Below are positions 17,420-25,342 of a stretch of 41,875 bases of DNA, piece by piece. How positions within the stretch are numbered: position 1 is the stretch's first letter; each line of letters starts with the position of its first letter. A model generated the notes under the pieces. It saw nothing but the letters and a program-made list of their open reading frames with translations. It was not told where the DNA came from and did not search any database. Location of the stretch: contig DATKLB010000195.1 in NCBI GenBank assembly GCA_035542615.1, forward strand, positions 1 through 41,875, written 5' to 3'. The translations under genes and the position numbers were made by a program. The stretch is from Spirochaetia bacterium. Lineage in GTDB: Bacteria; Spirochaetota; Spirochaetia; SZUA-6; Fen-1364.

Positions 17420-17446
17420 CTCTGATTGAGGGCCGGGCGCCGCAGA

Positions 17447-18082
17447 ATGATACTCTCTTCCACGCTCACGCGACTTTTTCCCTGGCTCGTTCGCAAGCCG
17501 CGCACGTTCGGCCTGGTTGGCAAAAGCGGCACGGGCAAGAGCTTCAAAGCCCGCCAGGTGGCCCGCAGGTTTCGCATCGATCTCATCATCGATGACGGGC
17601 TTCTCATTCGCGGCCAGAAAATCCTCGCTGGCAAGTCAGCAAAGCGGGAAAAGGGCATCCTGAGCGCGATCAAGACCGCGGTGTTCGCGAACCCCGATCA
17701 GTTCACCGAGGTCAGGAAGGTCATCTCGGAGCAGCCCTTCTCCCGCATCCTGGTGATCTGCACATCGCGCAAGATGCTGCAAAGGATCGTTGCCGCCCTC
17801 GCGCTTCCCCCGGTTCACCGTGTGATACAGATCGAGGAGGTGTCGACGCGGGAGGAGATTGCCCGGGCGCTGCGCATCCGCGCCGAGCAAGGCAAGCATA
17901 TCATTCCTGTCCCCGCCGTGGAGATCAAGCGCAGCTACCCCCACATTTTCTTCGAATCGGTGAAGATTCTCCTGAAAAGGAAGAAGGGCCTCGGGAGGAC
18001 CGAGGCGGAGATCGTCGAAAAGACCGTCGTGCGTCCCGAGTACGGAGTAGGAAGCAGAGCGTCGCGCGGCCCGGCGCGTTGA
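17447..18082 (+). CDS. P-loop NTPase of unknown function
   Basis: Walker A is GLVGKSGTGKS near the N-terminus, with a hydrophobic strand plus Asp-Asp (DLIIDDG). The rest is unrecognised. The start could instead be TTG 17426. Confidence 0.65.
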   Translation: MILSSTLTRLFPWLVRKPRTFGLVGKSGTGKSFKARQVARRFRIDLIIDDGLLIRGQKILAGKSAKREKGILSAIKTAVFANPDQFTEVRKVISEQPFSRILVICTSRKMLQRIVAALALPPVHRVIQIEEVSTREEIARALRIRAEQGKHIIPVPAVEIKRSYPHIFFESVKILLKRKKGLGRTEAEIVEKTVVRPEYGVGSRASRGPAR

Positions 18083-18108
18083 CCCCGCCTCTGTGTTCCA
18101 AATTGTGT

Positions 18109-18137
18109 TTGACAGGTGCTATCACGCAAACTATGAT
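18109..18137 (+). promoter_or_regulatory. Promoter TTGACA-17-TATGAT for the 18155 gene
   Basis: TTGACA 18109-18114, a 17-nt spacer, then TATGAT 18132-18137. ACGGAG and ATG 18155 follow. Confidence 0.6.
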
Positions 18138-18154
18138 GGTGTACGGAGATTCAA

Positions 18155-19348
18155 ATGCGCACCATCCCCGTGCTCGCGCTTCTGATGAGCATGCCGCTTC
18201 TTGCAGGCGCCCAGCAGCCCGCGCAGTACACCGCGGAGACGGACCACTACAGAATTGTCTCGGAGACGAGCCAGTCCCAGGCGGAAGACCTTGCGCGGGA
18301 GATGGAAGCGGCCCTCACGCTGTACAACGGCTTGCTGCATTTCGACCTCTCGCAGCTTCCGGCCCGGCTCAACGTGAAGATCTTCAAGGACCTGGACAGC
18401 TTCAACGCGTATGTCTCAAGCGTGATCGCGCAGACGCGCTCTGACTTCGTGTTCATCGCGTGGTCCGATCCGGCGAAATCGGAGCTGCTGTGTTTCCCGA
18501 AGGAACAAAAGGCTTTCACGTCATCGCTGCTGCACCAGGGGGCCATCCAGTTCCTCAAGGGATTCATCGACAACACGCCCCTCTGGCTCCGCGAGGGCAT
18601 TGCGACGTATCTCGACCAATCCTCCTATGATCCCAGGACGGGCTCCTTCACGTTCCGGTCGAATCTTCTGTGGCTGGATGGGCTGAAATCGAGCCTTCGC
18701 GGAGAAACTCCCGACAGGCCGATTCCGTTCACCGATCTTCTCAGCTTCACCCGCGACATGGCCCAGGCACAACAGGAAGTCTTTATGCAGGAGTCGTGGG
18801 GACTTGTCCAGTTCCTGGCCGGCTCGCAGCAGAACGAATACAACCGGATTCTCTGGGATGCAATCAGCTCCCTCGACCCGAAAGCCAGCCTGGAAGCGAA
18901 CTCCGCCAGGGTGCGAAAGCGGGCCTTCTCGTGGGTCGCGGACCAGAAGCTCCGTGATGACTTCGAAAAGTTCACGCTCGCGATGAAGACTGCCAACGAC
19001 CTTGTTCGCGAAGGCGTTGCTCTGTATACCAGGGGGGACCTGGCCGCCGCGGAGCAGACGCTCAACGGCGCGGTCGGACTGCAGCCGGATGCCAGCGCGG
19101 GATGGTACTATCTGGGCCTGATCGCGTACGCACGCAAGGACTTCGGGAAAGCGGACGATCTCTACATGAAGGCCTTCCAGCTCGGGGCGAATGCGGCGGT
19201 CATCAACTATGCCCTCGGCGTGAATGCATTTGCCGCTGGAAGAAATGCCGACGCGACGAAATACCTCAAGTTCGCGAAAGATGCGGATCCCGCGACCTAC
19301 GGCGACAAAGTGGACGCCCTTCAGAAAAGGATTGATGCGTCGAAATAG
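18155..19348 (+). CDS. Secreted protein with C-terminal TPR repeats
   Basis: Signal peptide MRTIPVLALLMSMPLLAGAQQ. The central region contains LLHQGAIQFL..WLREGIATYL. The C-terminal TPR-like repeats read GDLAAAEQTLNGAVGLQPD and WYYLGLIAYARKDFGKADDLYMKAFQL. Confidence 0.7.
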   Translation: MRTIPVLALLMSMPLLAGAQQPAQYTAETDHYRIVSETSQSQAEDLAREMEAALTLYNGLLHFDLSQLPARLNVKIFKDLDSFNAYVSSVIAQTRSDFVFIAWSDPAKSELLCFPKEQKAFTSSLLHQGAIQFLKGFIDNTPLWLREGIATYLDQSSYDPRTGSFTFRSNLLWLDGLKSSLRGETPDRPIPFTDLLSFTRDMAQAQQEVFMQESWGLVQFLAGSQQNEYNRILWDAISSLDPKASLEANSARVRKRAFSWVADQKLRDDFEKFTLAMKTANDLVREGVALYTRGDLAAAEQTLNGAVGLQPDASAGWYYLGLIAYARKDFGKADDLYMKAFQLGANAAVINYALGVNAFAAGRNADATKYLKFAKDADPATYGDKVDALQKRIDASK

Positions 19349-19351
19349 GCG

Positions 19352-20608
19352 CTAGCCGTCCTGCCCGCCCCGGCCTCCGCGTCTTCGCCCCCGGCGCCGA
19401 CGTTTTCTTCTTCCCGGACCGTGGTGCCCCGGCGCGCCTCCAGCCCCCGGCGGGACATGCGCTCTTGCGGCTCGCGCTTCCCGGACCCTGATGTCATCTT
19501 CGAAGGACCCGGCGGCTTCGGCCAGATCTTTCCTGGACGGGAAAAGCGGAGCCGCGGCTGCCCGAAGAAACTGCTGGATGAGGAATCGCGCTTCCGGTTG
19601 CTTCAACAAATCCTCGCGGGCCGCGATCAGGTCATGGTAGAGGAGTCCGAACATTGAGGAGCGCGGAAGCACCCTGCCACCTGCGGCAGCCGTGTCAAGC
19701 TGGCACAGCCTTTCCCACAGCGGACTCCCCGTGAGCTTCATCCTGCGCTCACGCAAATCCGAGACGATTGCCGGGAATATCGTTTCGAAAAGGTGCAGCC
19801 GGAACCCCATCTCGAAAATGGCCGCTGCTCCCCCCGAGGTCAGGATCTTGTACACTTCCTCGGTCACCCGTTCCCGTGAGCATGCCAGCAGCGAGGCGTG
19901 ATGTCGACGGATGAGCCCGGACATGGAAAGCGGGATGGGAAACCTCATGAGGCTCGAATATTTCACGGCTCGGATCATGCGCACGGGGTCCTCGGAGAAC
20001 GAGGCTTCCGCGGGAGTGAGCGTTCGCAGCCTGCGCCCGCGCACATCCTCATATCCTCCCACGTAGTCGATGATCAGCCGATCGATGGGGCAGTAGTACA
20101 GGGCGTTGATCGTGAAATCGCGACGCGCGGCATCCTCTTCCATGGTCCCGAAGCGATTGTTCCCGTCTCCGCCCGTGGTGTCTTCGGAGGCCTCAGCGGC
20201 CCCGCGGGAGCGGAAGGTCGTCACCTCGATGATCTTGTCCTTGCCGCAGTAGACATGGACGATCCGGAACCTGCGGCCAATGATGCGCGCGGATCGGAAT
20301 GCCCGACGGACCTGCTGCGGATGGGCGTCCGTGGCGATATCGAAATCGTTGGGTGCTCTGCCGACAAGCAGATCCCGCACTGCCCCGCCGACAATGTATG
20401 CTTGAAACCCGTCCTTGCGCAACCGGCGCACCACCCATACCGCATCCTGATCCACGAGGCGAAAATCGACCCCGTGCTCCTTCTCGGTATAGATGTGCGC
20501 CTTCTTTTCTATAGTACCGTCTGTCGAAGCACCGTATCTCAAGAGCAAGCTGCAATCCCGGTCCGGCCTATCGTAACGAGTCGCGCCGCTGGATGCAAGC
20601 CGGCCCAC
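19352..20608 (-). CDS. pcnB: Poly(A) polymerase I / tRNA nucleotidyltransferase family protein with an Arg-rich tail
   Basis: Motifs seen: AYIVGGAVRDLLVGRAPNDFDIAT, RIIGRRFRIVHV, RRDFTINALYY and EDPVRMIRAVKY. The C-terminus is GRRKRRRRGRRRGGRGG. The start is uncertain: a promoter-like TTGCAT-17-TACGAT (20598-20570) lies inside the longest ORF, so TTG 20548 or 20542 are alternative starts. Confidence 0.75.
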   Translation of the reverse strand: MGRLASSGATRYDRPDRDCSLLLRYGASTDGTIEKKAHIYTEKEHGVDFRLVDQDAVWVVRRLRKDGFQAYIVGGAVRDLLVGRAPNDFDIATDAHPQQVRRAFRSARIIGRRFRIVHVYCGKDKIIEVTTFRSRGAAEASEDTTGGDGNNRFGTMEEDAARRDFTINALYYCPIDRLIIDYVGGYEDVRGRRLRTLTPAEASFSEDPVRMIRAVKYSSLMRFPIPLSMSGLIRRHHASLLACSRERVTEEVYKILTSGGAAAIFEMGFRLHLFETIFPAIVSDLRERRMKLTGSPLWERLCQLDTAAAGGRVLPRSSMFGLLYHDLIAAREDLLKQPEARFLIQQFLRAAAAPLFPSRKDLAEAAGSFEDDIRVREARAARAHVPPGAGGAPGHHGPGRRKRRRRGRRRGGRGGQDG

Positions 20609-20676
20609 ACGCGAAACCGCAGTTGACAGTCAGGGTGTCCCGCGGATTACAGTGGGAGCATCCCCAGGGAGGCCAG

Positions 20677-21813
20677 ATGCTGCCAGTCGAGATTCGCGCG
20701 GTGAAATCGAAACGGGAGAGGGGCGTCTTCGTCACGATGCCCTGGAAGCTGTATCGCAGCGACCCTCACTGGGTACCTCCGCTCATCAGCGACCAGATGG
20801 CCTTTCTCGACCCCGCGAAGGGAGTTTTCTTCGATCATGGAGAGGCGGAGCTTTTTCTCGCCTATCGCGGCGCGGAGCCGGTGGGCAGGATCAGCGCTCA
20901 CATCAATACGCGCTACGACGAGTTTTTCCCCGACGGGAAGGGGTTCGTCGGCTTCTTCGAGTGCGAGGATAGCGTGGAAACGGCCGGCGCGCTCTTCCGC
21001 GCTGCCGATGGCTGGCTCGCCGCTCGCGGGAGGAAGCACGCGGAAGGTCCCATGAGCTTCGGCGTCTACGACGAGACAGGAGTCCTCGTCCAGGGCTTCG
21101 ACACCGACCCCTATGTCCTCACGTCCCACAACCCGCCGTACTACCAGGGCCTGTTCGAGAGAAACGGCTGGGAGAAGTCCATCGACTGGTATGCTTTTCG
21201 GGGACGCCGGGAAGTATTCGAGAAGAAGCTCAACCCCCGCTACTTCGTTCTCTCGCAGCGAGTCCTGAAGCGCAACGGGATCAGGGTCCGACAGGCCGAC
21301 ATGAAGCGCCACCTCGAGCGCGAGGCCGGGATCGTTCAGCAGATTTTCGCGGAGGCCTGGAGCAGGAACTGGGGTCACGTGCCGCTCACGGACAGGGAGT
21401 TCGAGCGGCTGAAGGATGGAGTCAAGCAGTTCGTGGTGCCGGAGCTGACATTCATCGTCGAGCTGGACGGCAAGCCCATCGGCTTCGCGCTCGCCATCTA
21501 CGATGCGAACGTTGCCGTCAAGAAAGTCAACGGCCGGCTCTTCCCTTTCGGCTTCATCACGCTGCTTGCCACCATGAAAAAGACCCGCCGGTTCCGCCTG
21601 GTCCTGATGGGAGTGCTCGAGAAGTACCGCGGGCAGGGAATCGAGCTGGCGATGTATGCCCACGTCATCGAAGAGGGGATGCGCCGCGGCTTCGAGGAAG
21701 TTGAGATGTCCATGATCGTGGAAAGCAACAAGGCGATGATCGCCTCGGCCGAAAGGATGCCGGTCGAACGCTACCGGACCTGGAGGATCTACAGAAAGGA
21801 TCTGACGATATGA
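20677..21813 (+). CDS. GNAT-like acyltransferase-fold protein, function unknown
   Basis: ORF trimmed to ATG 20677, preceded by AGGGAGG. The C-terminal half resembles an acetyltransferase core (FIVELDGKPIGFALAIYD...VLEKYRGQGIELAMYAHVIEEG). Its stop overlaps the hisS ATG (ATGA). Confidence 0.6.
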   Translation: MLPVEIRAVKSKRERGVFVTMPWKLYRSDPHWVPPLISDQMAFLDPAKGVFFDHGEAELFLAYRGAEPVGRISAHINTRYDEFFPDGKGFVGFFECEDSVETAGALFRAADGWLAARGRKHAEGPMSFGVYDETGVLVQGFDTDPYVLTSHNPPYYQGLFERNGWEKSIDWYAFRGRREVFEKKLNPRYFVLSQRVLKRNGIRVRQADMKRHLEREAGIVQQIFAEAWSRNWGHVPLTDREFERLKDGVKQFVVPELTFIVELDGKPIGFALAIYDANVAVKKVNGRLFPFGFITLLATMKKTRRFRLVLMGVLEKYRGQGIELAMYAHVIEEGMRRGFEEVEMSMIVESNKAMIASAERMPVERYRTWRIYRKDLTI

Positions 21814-23117
21814 GGGATCTCATCGAACCGCGTGTGCTCAAGGGTTTTCGCGACTTCCTGCCGGACAGGGAGTCCGAACGACTGGCGATTCTTCGCAAGC
21901 TGGAGGAGGTCTTCCGCCTCTGCGGCTTTTCCCCGATCGACACGCCCGTGCTCGAGTACGCGGAAGTTCTCCTCGGCAAGGGCGGAGGGGAAACCGACAA
22001 GCAGGTGTACAGGTTCCGAGACCACGGCGGCAGGGATGTAGCGCTGCGCTTCGACCTCACCGTGCCCTTCGCCCGGTTCATGGCTGCCCACATGGCGGAG
22101 CTGCCCCTCCCCTTTCGCCGGTGGCACGGCGCAAAAGTGTGGCGCGGAGAGAATACCCAGCGCGGTCGCTACCGCGAGTTCATGCAGGTGGACTTCGACA
22201 TTGTCGGCGCGGATTCCGCTTCCGCGGACCTCGAGATCCTTCTGCTGATGCGCAGGTGCATGAGAACGCTCGGCATGGAGCGCTTCACGATTCACTTTGC
22301 GCATCGGGGCCTCTTCAATTCCTTCCTCGGGCGGCTCGGTCTGGAGTCGCGGAGCGTCGAGGTCCTGCGTTCCATCGACAAGGCGCGCAAGGTGGGAGAG
22401 GAGAAAACCTTCGATGCCCTGGAGGGCATCGCGGGCGGGGAAAAAGCGCGCATCGTTCAGCAGTTCGTTCAGCCGGAAAAGTCCTGGACGGCATCTCTTG
22501 CGAAGCTTCGCGAGATGGTCGGCCCGGACGACGCAGGGATCGAACGACTCTCTGCGATCAGCTCCTGCCTGGAGGAGCTGGACCTGTCGACCTCCTTCTC
22601 CCTGGACCCTTCCATCACCCGCGGGCTGGACTACTATACGGGTGTCGTCTTCGAAACATTTCTCGCCGACCTGCCCTCCATCGGCTCTGTCTGCTCGGGG
22701 GGCCGGTACAACGACCTGGCCTCTCTGTACACGCATCAGAGGCTGCCCGGGGTCGGCGCTTCCATCGGTATCGATCGGCTGATGGCTGCACTCGAGGAGC
22801 TCGGCCTGGCCTCCGGGGCCGCCTCGGCGCCCTCGATCCTCGTCGCGTGCCTCGAGGAACGGCTCCTGGGGAGCTATCATCGCGTGGCCGAAGCGCTTCG
22901 GGAGGCCGGCATTTCCGCCGAGGTGTATCCGGAGCAGAAGAAGCTCGCCACGCAGTTCTCGTACGCCGAGAAGAAGGGGATCCCTCTCGCTCTCGTGATC
23001 GGGGAAAAAGAAGCCGAAGAAGGCGTCATGGGGCTGAAGGACCTTCGCTCGCGTCAGAGCTACGACGCTCTTGCGCTCGAAAGCGCGATAGGTAAATGCA
23101 GAGAGCTGCTTCGGTAA
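21810..23117 (+). CDS. hisS: Histidine--tRNA ligase
   Basis: Class II motifs are present: LKGFRDFLP, YRFRDHGGRDVALRFDLTVPFAR, WRGENTQRGRYREFMQVDFDIVG and GGRYNDL. A C-terminal anticodon-binding domain is present. Confidence 0.93.
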   Translation: MRDLIEPRVLKGFRDFLPDRESERLAILRKLEEVFRLCGFSPIDTPVLEYAEVLLGKGGGETDKQVYRFRDHGGRDVALRFDLTVPFARFMAAHMAELPLPFRRWHGAKVWRGENTQRGRYREFMQVDFDIVGADSASADLEILLLMRRCMRTLGMERFTIHFAHRGLFNSFLGRLGLESRSVEVLRSIDKARKVGEEKTFDALEGIAGGEKARIVQQFVQPEKSWTASLAKLREMVGPDDAGIERLSAISSCLEELDLSTSFSLDPSITRGLDYYTGVVFETFLADLPSIGSVCSGGRYNDLASLYTHQRLPGVGASIGIDRLMAALEELGLASGAASAPSILVACLEERLLGSYHRVAEALREAGISAEVYPEQKKLATQFSYAEKKGIPLALVIGEKEAEEGVMGLKDLRSRQSYDALALESAIGKCRELLR

Positions 23118-23958
23118 TCCCCAGGGATTCAGTCGACATGGCCTGTGGCGTGTCGTCCTGCGTGTGCCATTGCGGGTAGTCCAGGTCGATCAGGAGGCAC
23201 GCCGGAATGCCCCGACGAACAAACGGATAGTGGTCCGAGATGATGTACTTCACCCGCTGGGCCTTGCTGGCAGCAAACGGCTTCCATCCCCGTGAGGCTC
23301 CGAGATGAAAAATCTCGGAGGTGAGGCGCCTGCTTGCCGGATGCGTGAGACTGTGGGCATCGATATCGAACACCATCCCGGCCCCGCCAACCATATCGAG
23401 CACCACGACCTCGGAAGGAGGCTCGTCCCAGGGAGGGTGGTGAACGCACCATTCCGCCCCGATCGAAAAGTCTTTGCCGTCGATATTCCCGAGGTCCTCG
23501 GCATCGAAAAACGCCACCAGCACGTCCCGGGGAAGGTCCTGGTGCGAAAGCCAGTCCAGCATGTGCTGAAATACCGCCGTGCCCGACCCGCCATCGTTGG
23601 CCCCGGGGATGGGGAGCTCTCGACGGGCCGGGTTGGTCTCCCGGTCGGCGCGGGGCCGGGTGTCATAGTGTGTGCCCAGGAGCACCGGACCGGCGCAGGG
23701 GTGCGCGGATCGAAACGCGCCGATCAGATTCGTGCAGGGAATCACCTGCCCTCGAAACGGAACCGGGAACCTCTGGCGGAGAACCGAGGAGGTGCGCGAT
23801 CGCAGCCTGTCCTCCAGCATGTCGGCGAGACTGTCGTGCGCCGGAGTCCCCGGGACTCGAGGACCAAGGGAAACCTGTTCCCGAACGAGACCGAGAATCT
23901 CCCGGCCTGCTTCCTCTTCCTCTGACACTCCGGCGGAGGGACCAGGTTCAATTCCCAT
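23026..23958 (-). CDS. M28-family peptidase / glutaminyl-cyclase-like protein
   Basis: Motifs seen: LLGTHYDTRPRAD, IPGANDGGSGTAVFQHML, VLVAFFDAEDLG and WHTQDDT. The last 92 nt overlap the hisS 3' end tail-to-tail. Confidence 0.75.
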   Translation of the reverse strand: MGIEPGPSAGVSEEEEAGREILGLVREQVSLGPRVPGTPAHDSLADMLEDRLRSRTSSVLRQRFPVPFRGQVIPCTNLIGAFRSAHPCAGPVLLGTHYDTRPRADRETNPARRELPIPGANDGGSGTAVFQHMLDWLSHQDLPRDVLVAFFDAEDLGNIDGKDFSIGAEWCVHHPPWDEPPSEVVVLDMVGGAGMVFDIDAHSLTHPASRRLTSEIFHLGASRGWKPFAASKAQRVKYIISDHYPFVRRGIPACLLIDLDYPQWHTQDDTPQAMSTESLGITEAALCIYLSRFRAQERRSSDASEGPSAP

Positions 23959-24012
23959 CCCGTCGCAGGGTACCCGTTCGTTGCGCGTGTGAAAAGAGAG
24001 GGGCGGCGCCGT

Positions 24013-25089
24013 TCAGGCGATGTCGTGGACGATCTTGTCCTCGACCAGGCGCAGGCTGACTCGTCGTGATGACGGCTCGGAAAACGCCTCGAAGGCCGCC
24101 TCCTCGAGGTAGCGGATGAAGCTCGCCTCCAGCGCGCGCGCGCCGGTCTCCTTGCGGACGCTCTCCTCCACGATCCTGTCGAGAACCTTGTCCTCGATCA
24201 CGAGCTCCTTGCCTTCGAGGTGGAACTCATTCGTGTATTGCGACACCAGGCTGCCGCGGAGTATCTCGGCGAGCTGGATCCGGGTGAGGGCCTGGAAGGG
24301 CACGATCCGGCGAAATCGTCCGATCAGCTCGGGGAGAAAACCGTAGTTCATGAAGTTCCGCGCCAGCGTGACATCGTCCTCGGAATATGAGACGGCAATC
24401 TTGCCCAGCTCACCGGCTGCGGGCTCCCGGCCGAAACCGATGTGCTCCGTGCTCCCCTGGTCGATCATGCCCTTGAGCCCCGAAAATGCGCCGCAGGCAA
24501 TGAAGCCGATGTCCTGCGTGGACATCACGGCCTTGGGAGCGTAGTCGGAATGGGTGTATTCAAGGGGAACCGGCATCTCGATGGATTCCAGCATTTTCAG
24601 CAGCTCCCTCTGGACACCGAGCCCCGACACATCCTTCGTCGTACCGGCCCCTGAGAACACAGCGCTGTTCTGGCCCGAAGCGAGCTTGTCGAACTCGTCG
24701 AGGCAGACCACGCCGATGGCTGCATACGCAATGCTCATGTCGGCCGCATAGAGCAAGCGCGTGAGAATGGAATTGACGTCCTGGCCGACATATCCCGTCT
24801 CGGAGAAACCTGTCATGTCGATCACCACCGTGGGGAGGCGGAGAATGTCACGGAAGAGGATCTCCACGAGGTAGGTCTTGCCGCAGCCGGTGGGTCCAAC
24901 GAAGAGCATCGTCGTCTTGGGCGGCAGGTTTTCCCGCCGGGCCCCCTCGAGCCAGATGCGGCGGAGGCGGCTCACATGGCGATAGGCGCCCAGAGCAATG
25001 GCTCTCACCGCCTTGATCTGTCCGACGTAGCCGCAGGACGCGATGTGAGTCTCGATCTCCCGCGGAAGGAGCACGGGTATCGTTCGCAC
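24013..25089 (-). CDS. ClpX-like AAA+ unfoldase lacking the N-terminal zinc-binding domain
   Basis: GTG start at 25089. Walker A is GPTGCGKT, the pore-1 loop is TGYVGQDV and Walker B is VVCLDEFDK. An IGF-type loop (HIGFGREP), LPELIGRF and the sensor-2 region ETGARALE are present. The protein begins directly at the AAA+ module (LLPREIETHIASCGYVGQ). Confidence 0.8.
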   Translation of the reverse strand: MRTIPVLLPREIETHIASCGYVGQIKAVRAIALGAYRHVSRLRRIWLEGARRENLPPKTTMLFVGPTGCGKTYLVEILFRDILRLPTVVIDMTGFSETGYVGQDVNSILTRLLYAADMSIAYAAIGVVCLDEFDKLASGQNSAVFSGAGTTKDVSGLGVQRELLKMLESIEMPVPLEYTHSDYAPKAVMSTQDIGFIACGAFSGLKGMIDQGSTEHIGFGREPAAGELGKIAVSYSEDDVTLARNFMNYGFLPELIGRFRRIVPFQALTRIQLAEILRGSLVSQYTNEFHLEGKELVIEDKVLDRIVEESVRKETGARALEASFIRYLEEAAFEAFSEPSSRRVSLRLVEDKIVHDIA

Positions 25090-25113
25090 GAATGCCGCGA
25101 CTTCCTGTTCGAA

Positions 25114-25137
25114 GCGCTCAGGTCGAGCGCCTTTTTT
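25114..25137 (+). terminator. Intrinsic-terminator-like hairpin plus T6, oriented on the + strand
   Basis: GCGCTC (25114-19), aggtc, GAGCGC (25125-30), then CTTTTTTG. It lies in the 5' UTR of the minus-strand ClpX-like gene, with no + strand gene upstream. Confidence 0.35.
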
Positions 25138-25179
25138 GCCCGGTGTGAGGATGGCGCTGCTCCCTCCCTCTCGCTCTAG

Positions 25180-25209
25180 AGTGTACTGTCACGGCGACGC
25201 AGGGGACAA
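25180..25209 (-). promoter_or_regulatory. Possible promoter TTGTCC-18-TACACT for the ClpX-like gene
   Basis: The minus strand reads TTGTCC (25209-25204), an 18-nt spacer, then TACACT (25185-25180). This would give a ~85 nt leader. Confidence 0.35.
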
Positions 25210-25210
25210 G

Positions 25211-25333
25211 CCTCGCCTCCGCACAACGGAGTTGTGCGGAGGCGAGGGGCCCCAGGGCAGCAGCCCCGGCGCGGTACGCGAGCACGCGTTCCGCCCGAAG
25301 GCGGTACACCGCGCGGAGGCAGGAGCCCTGGGG
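25211..25333 (-). other. Highly structured GC-rich intergenic element: a 17-bp perfect hairpin plus an 84-nt three-way-junction fold
   Basis: The hairpin is CCTCGCCTCCGCACAAC (25211-27), gga, GTTGTGCGGAGGCGAGG (25231-47). The nested fold has P1 25250-58/25325-33 (9 bp) and P2 25266-75/25308-16 (9 bp with one bulge). Its two inner hairpins are 25276-89 (ACGCG-agca-CGCGT) and 25291-304 (CCGCC-cgaa-GGCGG). It starts 9 nt after the cNMP-regulator stop. Confidence 0.5.
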
Positions 25334-25342
25334 ATGTTTTGT

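Noticed and set aside
24976-25309. Small ORFs in the ClpX-like upstream region (24976..25179 on the plus strand, 25118..25309 on the minus strand, and an 18-codon plus-strand ORF from ATG 25092).
   Set aside because: They have no RBS, they span the hairpins, and their composition is arbitrary. They are better explained as non-coding structured sequence.
25211-25333. Tested whether the structured element is SRP (4.5S) RNA, 6S RNA or a tRNA-like gene.
   Set aside because: The AGCAGCC-like word sits on the wrong side of any tetraloop for SRP domain IV. The element is too short, and lacks a central bubble, for 6S RNA. It has no cloverleaf or T-loop. I keep it as an unclassified structure.
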